Shown here: positions 12,303 to 25,683 of the stretch, one piece after another
Layout: each line of letters begins with the position of its first letter
How positions within the stretch are numbered: the first letter of the stretch is position 1
DNA from: Marsupella aquatica
Taxonomy: Eukaryota; Plantae; Marchantiophyta
Length of the DNA stretch: 64,000 nucleotides
Assembly: GCA_973895155.1 (NCBI GenBank)
Contig: OZ316895.1
Span: 2,157,659 to 2,221,658, forward strand
Reading direction: 5' to 3'
The notes under the pieces: model-generated
Databases searched by the model: none
What the model was told of the DNA's origin: nothing
Seen by the model: only the letters and a program-made list of their open reading frames with translations
Made by a program: the position numbers and the translations under genes

Positions 12303-15289
12303 GGATGTACCGAAGCACTCTTTCATGATATGCTTCATTATCATTACCATTCAATTCAGCCTACTTGTCGCCTCGGCCTGAAGGGACTTGACACCGGAAG
12401 CCTACCATTCCAACGATGTTGCAAGACAGATGTCCCTTCTGATAAGCCATCACTGAGAGGTTTGGAGGATTTTCAATCGTTGGAGACACTTGAAATTCAG
12501 CTCGACTTTCCACTCGAGCGACATTCTATGTTACCTGTTTGCGCTCAGAATCTCTACAAGTTCTTGCGGTCTATCCTCATGCCAAGTGTTGGTGCCAACT
12601 TCCCTGGAATTTGCAAACTACCAACGTTTCACATTCAACGATTTTCATCGTCGAAGGGAGCGTCAGCATGCAACAAGGCACGAGGCACTTCCTTGCGAAA
12701 GGTCCGGAGAAGGATCCTTCTGAGGTACTCTGGGAGTTTTACAGCTCCTGGAAAGGTACGCCCTGGGAGCTACCAGAACCATGGGGCCCACGTGGCTTGC
12801 AGGTACTTGGACAGGTCACCCCCATGCCGATTGTCAAACTTCCCGCCAATGTCCAGAGTCCTATGCCGACTCGGCCCCACACCCAGCAAATCATAGTTTA
12901 GCAAATCATAGTAGGCTCCGCTGGATTGTACTGTACAGTACATCTGATTAGGAGCTGAGTCAGTCAGAGAATTTGATTGCTCTCTCTCATAGGAATTTCA
13001 ATCGTTATTCTATGCGTGGGTGTAGGTTTCTGCTTCGCGTCTGATCATCATGACCCACTAAGGGACAGTGCAGTGCGTCATTCTGCGGAGTCGTGAGATA
13101 GAGCCGCTCTCGCTCTAGAAGGGATCCGATCGGCGCAAGTTCAGTTGTTACATTTCTCAAATCAATCATGTGTCAATCCTTCCTCTTGTATTCTTCGTGC
13201 CTGGGGTGATTTTCTGCTGATGCTAGTCCCGGAGCAAGTTTCATTGTTCAGCTCGGCTACTCGACTCGTGTTCCAATCCGTCTGTCCGGGTGATGTCGTG
13301 CCAGCAATAGCGCAGTGTCACCTTTGCTTACCGGGCTCGGCTAAGCAAGTCTCGGGGTACTCACTGGTTGCAATTGAGTTTCATTGGGATTTGCATAGGC
13401 TGTCAATTGTCGTACGAGATCTTTCCGTCCTTTATCTGGTTATGAAGATTTGTGCTTCTGCATGAGCGGCCTTTAATTCCATCTCTCCGGATCTTGAAAG
13501 TATCCGGAATCGACTGGAATTTGTGACACGCCTGTGATTTCGTCTGAGTTGCAGTTAGTTTTGCTTTGGTAGGGTGGGCCCGATCTTCGACAGGCTTCGG
13601 CTCCACAGCTGGGAAGGACAGTTGCATTTCGCGTGCGGGAAGAAAACTCGTGCAAGGAGGTGAGCCTTTCATAGTCTCAAGACTGGTGCTGTTTCGTCTA
13701 AAGTCTAATCGTTTCTTGTCAAGTGCTGCGAGTAGTGTATAAAGATGGTGAACTTTGGAACCCATTGAGAAATTTCTTCGTCTGAGGCTAACCCCTGTAA
13801 CGATTGAGTCTATCTCTTGATAGAGGTTGAGTTGCTTCCTTTGGCCGTCACCTTCTTGGGTCTTAAATCTGGAGAAATTCATCTGGAGTGTGTTCATAAG
13901 AATGCGTCTCTTCGTCCGACTTAAATTATACGATGTCTTCTGCTGAAGCTCTGGTTGGGATGTTGACTGGTTTTTCCATTTCAAAGCCACCATACATAGA
14001 AGGTTGATGTCTACACATGCATCTTTTCTTCAGGCGGCTGCCTGTCTTGTTGAGATGCTGAAGATTCTCTCCATGTCTAAATTTACTTGTGAGACTTGGG
14101 TTGTAAGTTTTGGATGCACATCGGCTGGTACTGTTTCGAACGGGCGTTTAGGATGTTATTGTTGCATTATTTGTGAATCTGTAGTCATTGTATTAGAGCG
14201 TATAGATCCATGTACAATGGAAAATTTGATGCTTACTCAAAGTGCTGTTTGAAATACAGAGAGCTGTACTTTGGTCCTGTACCAGTCGATTAACGACCTC
14301 ATCTATTAAGTTCTTGGACATCCTAGTAACACCAGAAAGTCAGGTAGCAAGGCTAGCAGACATGCAAGCACACAGCAGTGGGGAAATGTTTCGCCAAAGG
14401 TTTCGAAGAATTATCAGAGAGCAGTTACAAAGGTCCTCAGGTCGGACTATAACACCAAAATGTAGATTCTCGGCTGGCTCGTTTGGCAGGAGCAATGTTC
14501 TCCCTAGACCACAGGACATCACCGTAGGTAGCACATCAATGGGAAGTGGTGGTCTGTGGAGAAAATTAGGACTGAACACTCGAGAGGCAGACTTGGTGAT
14601 GGTCCGAAGGGCGGAAGGCCTTGGCGGTTTAAGACAGATGGGTATCATTGAACGTCCAGCTGCTCGAGCTGCACAACACGGACTGCGCAATGTTCTTCCA
14701 ATTTCAGATGAGGTGAATATGCTCTGACAGCTTCGGATGTTCTCAATTCCAGTCATTTATTTTTTACTGTTCTTCTGGACACTAAAGGTCAGATGTGTGT
14801 GGACCCTTTCTCATTCCTCGTCTTGGAGAGCGCATTTGAAACGAAAAAGTGTACATATAATTACTTTCTTTAGGTTTTCATAAGCTTAGGGTTTAGTTCC
14901 CTTTTTTACTGGCATTTTTGCCGAAGGCCAACGTCAGTCACTTGCCCGTACTACCGGTTTTGGAGAATAACAAGTCCTGCTTTCCTTCATCCATACAATT
15001 TATTCATTCGCTCATTCATTTTGGGTACTTAGTGAGTCAGTAAGTGAGGCGGCCAGTCAGTCAGCAGTCATTGGTTGGTTCATTTATTTATTGGTTCTCA
15101 CCCTATGCATTCGTTCGTTCGTGCATTCATTCATTCTTCGGGTCACTCAGTCAGTTGGTTCATCCAGTCAGTTAATTATTTGTTCATTAGCTCTTCACTG
15201 TTTCACAAGTCCAGTTATTATTTCTGTGGCTCTCTGGATCATAGTGCCAGACAACATTATGAGGGATCGATGCAGAGCACAAAACACCT

Positions 15290-15766
15290 ATGGTGAAGAG
15301 AACCTGGTCATCCATTCTCCCTTATTTGTGAAGGCGCTGGGACCTGTGTTTTGTGCAGGAAAGGCACACAGATGAATTTCTCAAGGAGGAGAAAAGGAAG
15401 CAGGCAGCGAAAGTGATGAAAACTCAGCAGGCGGTAGGTGGTGTGGCTGGACAATCTTTTGCTGGGGTGGACGTGGGGCACTCTGGGAGAAACACTGCTG
15501 ATACACAGAAAGACATTGCGGAGGAGATGACAAGAAAGTCTGAAGTTGATCCCCAATCAGGAAGTGGACACCATACGGATCCAAATGGTGGACATCCTGA
15601 TGTGGATGAAGACGTCAAGAGAGGCTTGGTGGCTGATTCAGCATTGCCAATGGGAAGGGCAGAGAAGAAGGATGATGAAGACGTGAAATCAGCATTTAAG
15701 GAGGATGAGCCAAAAGCAGAGACTAAGGGCGATGTTTGGGAACACGGATCATTCAAAACACTGTGA
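15290..15766 (+). CDS. Small hydrophilic, probably disordered protein of about 137 aa (unknown function, LEA/hydrophilin-like composition); ATG at 15290-15292, intron 15293-15358, exon 15359-15766
   Basis: 408-nt GA-rich open exon after a TTTTGTGCAG acceptor; the protein is rich in D/E/K/G and has no Cys. The start is inferred from ATG|GT at 15290, with a weak donor (GTGAAG). Confidence 0.6.
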
Positions 15767-16839
15767 GACTTCTGGAGATGTTTTAGACAAGTTTGTTGGG
15801 GTGTATAATATATCGTAAATCCCATCTACGAGCGCCACACTGAAAACAGATTTCTCGAAGCTAAACTGTTTTCCTGTGGGTCATCTGTAGGGACGGGTGC
15901 TAAATCAGTTTGGACTGAATGTCTCAGACCTCTAGTATGCTGTTTAATGTTGATTTGTCGCATAGTGTACAGCAACTTGATCTGAAAAGACTCCAATGGT
16001 ATAGAGTTCGGGCTCCTATACACGGAAAAGGTATTGTATATATAATTGTGCATAGTGTTAACAAATAAAAAGTGGATGGTGGTAAGACACCCTACAGTGT
16101 GGTAATTTGCATATTGCTCACAAGTGGAAGACAGTTCATTTCGTTGTAGATAGATCGGCATAGCTCTGTTGCGTGCTGTCAAGTTAGTTTTTCGTACATT
16201 TGTATGGGAGGTACTACCCTGAACCTCAGATTCTACAATGTCACCTTCACGACAGTAGACAAGGGTAATAATTTGTAAATATTCTCGCACTAAAAATAAT
16301 CATATTTCAGAGATGGAGAACGTCGAACACGTTTAAAGATGACAACTCGAGAAGGAAGAATAAAAAGATTTGTGTAACACACTTGAAACGTGACTAATTT
16401 AATGAGCATTAAATGAAATGAGCAAGGTGACCTCCTTACGTATCAAAAGTTGGATAGAGCGAGAAGAGTTCGTCATGAAACCTAAATGCCTTTCTACCAG
16501 ATTGTGACGAGCAAGTGGAAGCCAAAGACGTTTCCAAAATCAGAAATCAAACGAAGCGGTCGCAAATCCAAGAGATGGGTCACAGATTCTGAATCAAGAG
16601 GTTTGGAGGCCAGAACAAGATGCTAACAAATAAATCGCAAATCAAAACCGAAGGTTTAAATGCATTTAGATTGTCACGCTGGTATCTAGACATTACACTT
16701 TATTTATCACCTATGAAATGTACATCCGGTCGCCGCCTCAAATACCAGCCCACTCTTCAAGCTTGCGGGAAAATATTCACTTCTCAGTGACGTGACCTCC
16801 CTATCCATTCAAGGACCTCATAATCTCAAATCTTGCTTT

Positions 16840-18662
<1,823 letters not shown>

Positions 18663-21600
18663 CGCCTCAGTACGTATCAAATACCTGCAATGGAAAACGA
18701 GTCAGCTACTGTATAGTAGTCGACCCCTGAGAGCATCAACAAACGTTTTCAAGCCCTGCCGGTAGATTAAATCCGCAAGAATGGGCGAGACAACGTTCCA
18801 ATGATATTGAGCTGTAGGAGATCTACACCAGCTGCTTGGGAATATGCACTCAAATCATTCACGATGGAACATCACAATTGATCGATGCAGAACCTTAATT
18901 TCCAAAGCAAAGAGCAGAACTGAACGGACCGGTGATACGAGAGACAATGCACGAATGACAAATCAGACATGACCTCGAATTCACAGAAGATTCAACAAAG
19001 CACCGATGAAAGCACCGATGATTGAGTTCACCTTGAGGTGAGTATCAACCTGGAAATCAACTGGCATACATATCATGAAATGCGCTCCGTATAACAACGT
19101 ACACAGCATATATACAGCTCAGTGAGCACCGGACCTCCAAACGTCGTATATATGTAGTACTGTCATGTGAATCCGGCAGACAAGGGTAAATTTCGACCAG
19201 AAAACGAATCTGCTTTAAATTATTTTGAATGTGAGGCATTAGGCTTGGAGTGAAAGCGTGCAAAAATAAATGTTTTTGATTGAGAAGGGAGAAAATCATT
19301 TCTCTTATTCTCTGTAAAACATGAATGGCAAATTAATGAAACGGGCAATGAGTGGAAATTTTAGTGAATTACAAAAGGGGGAAAGGACAATGAAAGAACT
19401 TCAGTTTTATTCTTAATTTAGGTTCATGTTAAAAGTGACTAGCCCTATCTATCCGTTCAAAGAACTTAAATAGGAGAGAGTACAATAAAAAAAATTATCA
19501 AAATATATTCTCTATTCATATTCTTTGAAGGTTAATGAAATGATAAAAAAAATTATCATTTTAATAATCATATATAACATACCATTCTCTTTTATGTGCA
19601 CATGAGTCTTTTTTGTATGCACGTCTATCTTCTATGCACATATGTTGTGGTGGGGCCATGGTGCCTATAGAAATTATCACCAAAAACTGACATGTACATA
19701 CATCATAATCATGTTATGAGTTTCTCCCATGCACGTGATGACTATAGAGTTACGGTCTAGAGGCTTCACTCTAGACCTAGACTCTTAAAAGTAGACTTGA
19801 ATTGGTGCTTTTATAGTAAGATAATAGAGCAAACAATGAGACTATGATCCTAGATTCATGTAAAGACTAAGGACTAAGAATATGGTGTCTTACATTGCAC
19901 CCTATTCATAAACCTTCTCAACCCTGGACAAGTCATGCTTGATTGGGAAAAATAATTAAAAGACTCAAAAAATGAAGCTTTGATTATACAAATAGGTTTA
20001 ATATTGGTAGCATAACTTGGGCCAGGGGTCTCCATGAAATTTATAATTTATTTCTCCTTGTCACATTCTGCGCTACCTAATACATCCCTCAAGGGTAGTC
20101 TGCATCAATGTGAGTGCTTTTAAGATATTTTGCTCAAAACAATTGTGCACAAAAGCCCAAAAATTCAATATATGACGAGTGAAGATAGGAAAAATAACCC
20201 ATGAATGCGCTTAGAGGTTATCACCAAAATTTTAGATTATTCACTCACCTGAAGTACCCTAGTCGAGATGGCCCAAAGGTAAGACAGAGAACGTTAATGG
20301 CAAAGCAACCCCGGGATTTCCATCCTATCTAGAGCCCAACTGTCCGAAATTGACCGTTTTAACCATTCAATAATAGCGTCAGCTGGAAGTTCACTTCGTA
20401 TTAATTCCAGCCATAGAATCTCTGCAAGGGCAAAGCTCTAGCGACGAAACATACGTGCAAGGGTCAGTTGTAGGCACCAAACTCGTGAATGTGATTCATT
20501 AATATTGTAATGGTCAACCTCGAGAATAAACTCATCACTAAGGACGGCCTACTATACCGAACAATACTGGTTTATCATCTTGAAAGTTGAAACTCAGAGT
20601 GGCATCCAAGTAGGGTAGTTCAATTAACTAAAAATTAATTAAGGAAGGAGAGGAAGAGACTTTAAGTTGGCACGGATTAGAGAACTGGGGTAGTTCAGGA
20701 GCGAGACGAAAAATGGCCTTTCGAGCTACTGTAGAGGAAAACGGTACTGTACGTTTCAGAGCTGGAGCTATCGATGTACTGATGTACATGATTGAGCTCC
20801 GTAAATCATGCTAACCTACTAAAAACCTGATTTATTGTGTTTTCCCCACCAGCCTCTTCATGGCTAACTACCCAGCTAATCTAATTTTGTCAAAGTAGCA
20901 GATAGCCGTCTCTTCTCAACGGCTTAACTTTTTATTATCGCTTTAGGATAGGATAAGGATGCCAAGCAATTCAGTGTCAGATTAACAGAGCATGGCCCTT
21001 CTTGGTGACGGTCAGATTTGCCATTGCTATTACATTTTGGGGCTCTAATTTCTGACCCTTCATCTTCCTAGACTTAAGGATAATCATCAGTTTCTGGCTA
21101 AGTCCAAAAATGGCTAATGAAACACTGCAAATGTTTTGCCTAAAGTGGCAAAGACTCGTCATATGGGACTTGGCAATTTTTTTGCCACTAAATGTTTTTT
21201 GGCCACTTCTGTGGTTGGTATGGGCTTTGTTAGAGCATCCCCATCAGAGGCTGGGTACCCACTAGGTGATACATAATACTTCTGGGAAATCTCAATTATC
21301 CAGTACCACAACTAAATGTGTAGTATGTGACTATTTATTACTGGATAATTCCTAACAGAGCTAGCATTACAATGTGATTGTGTTCTTAACCAGTAGGTTA
21401 TACATGCAGTTAGCCTGCATATATATCCTCCAAAATAGCTTGATCCAACTTTGTTGTTTTTTCCTAAAGGAAGTTGTGTTGCCCTTACTCTAAACTTTGG
21501 GGTCCTGATAGGTTATCTAAGCACTTGCACTGCTCCGCTATCTTCTCCAGAAGCGAGCATATCATGGCCAATTTTGGAAACCCCACTGCCCCCCAGTTTG

Positions 21601-22019
21601 TGCACCTTGCATCGTGGCTTTAACATTTTTCAACCGATGCCAGCAGTCCTGTGTGCCACATCCTAGTCAGAGGGACCCAGCCCACCAAGACCAATCAACG
21701 GCTGCGATTGGCCTTCTCAATTTTGATCAAAGTCTCTGCAATGGTGAGTGCAGAGACACTTCAACTCAGAAAGGCAGGATGGGTGTGGAAGGAAGCACCC
21801 AATGTATCCAATGAAGGAACACAACCAAAGTCACATGCGATTAAGTCACGACCATCCAAAAACTATCAACCCCCCTGTGCCTCTCACCCTTCTCAGTAAT
21901 TATGAACAATATGTAGTCAACCTCACACCCAAAAACCACACTCACCCAAATTAATCTTTAATTTAATTACCCAAAATACTTGACTTGATCATACTATTAC
22001 CTATTCCATTAAGAATAGC

Positions 22020-22431
22020 ACATTTCAAGAGAGCATTTCAACTAAGAATGCCCATACTGTGTAGTTGTGGGCTCTGATCAACTTATCACTTTCTGGAAAA
22101 TAAATCTTGGTTTACATCAGAATTAGACATGATTACTGACTAAGCACGGTTCTACAAAGCTATGAGTCTGTGACCAGCAAAGATTCCAGGAGAGCTGAGC
22201 TCTGATACCATGTAGAAGTTTTCAAATAGAATACTTGATTAATTGTCTCAGAGTGGAGACTTATATACGTTACAGCGTTGAGAGACGGACTCCCTAATCC
22301 CCTTAAATTAGGAGCGACAATTGCTAATTGGAAGTTAGAATCTCTAGCTTCCCTTGTTGCTCCTTAGTTAGTACATGAGGAGAATGTATTGAAGCAGACC
22401 ATGTTTACTCCATCCAGACCGGGATCCAGAC
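22020..22431 (-). mobile_element. Ty1/Copia LTR-retrotransposon relic: 5' LTR (from 22211 rightwards, far boundary uncertain), tRNAiMet primer-binding site, start of gag
   Basis: The minus strand reads ...CTTCTACA|TGGTATCAGAGC (LTR end CA, then PBS at 22210-22199). It is followed by frameshifted KIYFPE/SDKLIRAHNYTVWAFLVEML, resembling the Copia gag N-terminal 'KL...NY..W' motif. A TATATAA lies on the minus strand at about 22261-22267. Confidence 0.7.
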
Positions 22432-24698
22432 AATTGAAATGGATAACTTAAATAATGTCCTGTCCAGAAAGTTGCCTGCTGATCATTCAAGGTTTATTCT
22501 GGCAAGTTCAATTTTAGGACTCCAAGAACGCACTCAAAATAATTCATTATTAATACTGGCTGGACAGTATTTACATTTGTTGCGATTTCCCCTTTGGCTG
22601 CACCTAGAATCCCTCAATACCTCGCGTCTTCTTAGTAAGAGCTTACTCAAAGTTCTGTTTTGTCTCTAGCTTGTCTTTAAATTATGGTTATACCAGCTCT
22701 TTCTGTTGCAAGTAAAAGACAATCTGGCTAAACAGTTGGAAGGGTTTGAACTTGAAGGAGCTAACCCATGAGCTAACAGCACCAAGCCACAAGTGCCATT
22801 GCATATGTAAGCTACAAGCTTGCCATTCCAGTTTCATTGCTAAAGGTTGATCATTCCGGCCTGGGATCCTCGGAATTTCTGCCCCAGCTTGTGACTTAAA
22901 GATAAGCCAGTGTGAATTGATACTGACAGGAGCCTTGGGTATAAGCCCCTTGGGTATGAAGCCGGACTGGAAAGAGCTAAAAGCAAGCAAGTTGATATCT
23001 CCACAGTGATGAAAGGATCAAAGCACTCGGGGTCTATCCATGGCCACAAAAAAAGGAGCTAGCGTGACTAGCCAGCCAAGCACTTATTACGGACCCCATT
23101 AGAGGTCCTTTCCAAAATTCCTGGCTCCACAGTGTGCCACATCATCATGGCATGCCACAAACAGGAAGGGACTTGTTTTTGGATAAAATTAACTTCTACA
23201 TTCGTGTTTGTGGCAACTTTGTTGTAAAAACTAGAAAGCCATGCCGTAAAAAATAATGTAAAAAAATTAATATGCAAATCAAAAGATAAAAAGATTGAGG
23301 TAAAGTGCTCCCAATAACGGTTTTATTTCCATTTTGATTTCATTCAAAACATAAAATTTTCCTTCAGACAATAATTTTTGATTTGACATTGTTGAGTCAA
23401 ATCATAATGGAAACTCACGTATAATATGGCGTTGGAAAGATCTTGAAGAGACGGTCGTGACGAGCTCAGAATTATCACCATTCAATAAGAATTGAGTAAA
23501 TAATTTGAAAAATAGAATTTACCCGTGATTTTGTAATCTCTAATGTGAATAGAAATTTTTGTTGTACAACCCCTTAAATGTTGACCCCTTCCATGAGAAT
23601 GAACCTAAAATTGATAGATTTTATCGAGTACTAAGGAGATTATGAATTTTAGAATTTCTTTAGTTGTTTAATGAACTTAACATTGATAGATTTAGTTGAA
23701 TTCTGAGAAGATTATAAGTTTCCAATGTTCTCTAGCTTTCCAATGAGTGTGACATTGAGAGATTTTATCAAGTACTAAAGTGGTCATGAATTTCTAAATT
23801 TCTCTAGCTTTCGATCCATTCTGAATTTCACAATTGAAAATTTGTTTCCATGAAATTTTTTGTCTTAAACAATTATGCAAGGTTAGTGATTTGATGACAC
23901 CGATGACTTCTCTCTCTTTGTCTATCTGCATGTATGAATTGAAAAGTGATTACTTTCAATGCAATCTGAATGCATCCAGCATCCCTTCAATAACGTGGAG
24001 GAAACCAGCGAACACCATTTTGCTGAAATGTGCAATTAAGCTGACCACACATTAAACAATAGTTCACATTGCAGCTTGTTTTGTGATTGATGTTAATTAT
24101 GGTTATCTTGGTAAGTTTGACAATTGTTTCAAGTGTCAAACATTGACTTGTCTATTTTTGAAATTTTTTTCTTTAGATTTGGAGGTCCATCTAGGCTTCA
24201 GTTTCTAGATAACTGTCTCTAAAATAACATGGGGTCCAGGGATTAATTTGGATAGAGCATTGCTCACATAGGACTATACTCGAGGCTATATGAGTCAGTC
24301 TGACCTAACTATGATATCAAGTATTCATCTCCCATCATTCCATTCATAGATCAAACTCTCTACATAATCATAATTTCAAAGGTGAAACCTGGTGATAACT
24401 CTCCAAGCATGAATGCATGGAGTACCAACATCCGGCTAATCTCCACAGGAACATTCCATCAATGGCTCAAAATTGACTAGAAAATGTCTACCATCTGAGT
24501 CTGTAATTCTAACCCTGTAGGGCTAGATGGGTCTGCCACAAGTTGGTATATTTACTTGTTTCTGTCCCCCAATATAGCCATGATAATGGGAGGGAATGGA
24601 GTAGTCACCACCTACTCAACAAGCCTCCTTTTCTCATAGTATTATTTCATCGTGTAGTCCCAAATAAGGTTTGATTGCTTCAATGCTACTTCTTGGCG

Positions 24699-24820
24699 TT
24701 CAGATTTCAGTGCTTGGTTTTTACTCTCAGCTTGATTAGGAGAAGATGCTAAAAAGGATTCAGATTTCAGTGCTCGATTTGTACTCTCAGCTTGATTAGG
24801 AGAAAATGCTCAAAAGGATT
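24699..24820. repeat. Tandem duplication of 60 bp
   Basis: TTCAGATTTCAGTGCT.G.TTT.TACTCTCAGCTTGATTAGGAGAA.ATGCT.AAAAGGA occurs twice. Confidence 0.9.
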
Positions 24821-25392
24821 AATCAAATCATGAAGCTTGAATCTACGAATAGGTTTATCTACAACACAACTTTCCATGACATATCTTGGACCTACGGCCT
24901 TTTCATGAAATTTACAATTTAGTCTTCCTTGTCACATTCTGCGCTACCAAAGACTATGTGAATGGTGAGAGTAAGTGCTATTTGGATGTTTAGCTCAAAA
25001 TAAGATATATGCATAGAACAAAACAAATCAAATTATGATGAATGAAGATCGAAAAAAAAAAAAGGACAAATGCAGTTTACTCATCACAGAATTTATACTA
25101 TGCCCATATTAATTAAGTGAGCCATTGTTGATGGCGTGGCAGTGCCGTAAGCTCAATATTATACCGTGTCTATCACTGTATACCGTGGACTGTAAATGTA
25201 CTCGAGCGAAAGAACACTAATAACCTTGATGCGATTCGACAGAAAGCGAATACACATTGGAACCCATCTCAGCTCAGCGCAGGTATCGAATTGCAGAGAG
25301 GAAGACGAGCGTGGGAAGCGAGGATCGATCGATCGAGCCAGAGTCGGGAAACCATTATCAGGAAAATTGGGATTTAGTGAAAGTTGTCGAAG

Positions 25393-25683
25393 ATGGCTTC
25401 CTCAGGATTGAGATCGTTGGCCGGCATAAAGCTCAAGGACGTGCCGACGTTCGTCAAGACCACGGTGACAAGGGACAATGTGGAGAAGAGAACCATGAAC
25501 TTCCTGTACAACTACAACCAGAAATACGTCCAGACCGGCTCCATCAAGCCGCTGACCGATGTGCTTATCTCCGTCTTTTTCATCGGCTATGCTGTCGGCT
25601 GGCCCACTGAGCTCCGCCATCTCAAGCACGCGGAGGAGGCTGAGAAGCACAAGGCAGAGGGTGGAGGCGCCGACCACCACTGA
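25393..25683 (+). CDS. ATP17: Mitochondrial F1Fo ATP synthase subunit f (plant ATP17 type), intronless, 96 aa
   Basis: MASSGLRSLAGIKLKDVPTFVK...YNYNQKYVQTGSIKPL...GYAVGWPTELRHLKH matches the plant subunit f pattern (NYNEKYIQTSSVDP...SYLVALPNERRHLEH). Strong GC3 codon bias. Confidence 0.85.
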   Translation: MASSGLRSLAGIKLKDVPTFVKTTVTRDNVEKRTMNFLYNYNQKYVQTGSIKPLTDVLISVFFIGYAVGWPTELRHLKHAEEAEKHKAEGGGADHH

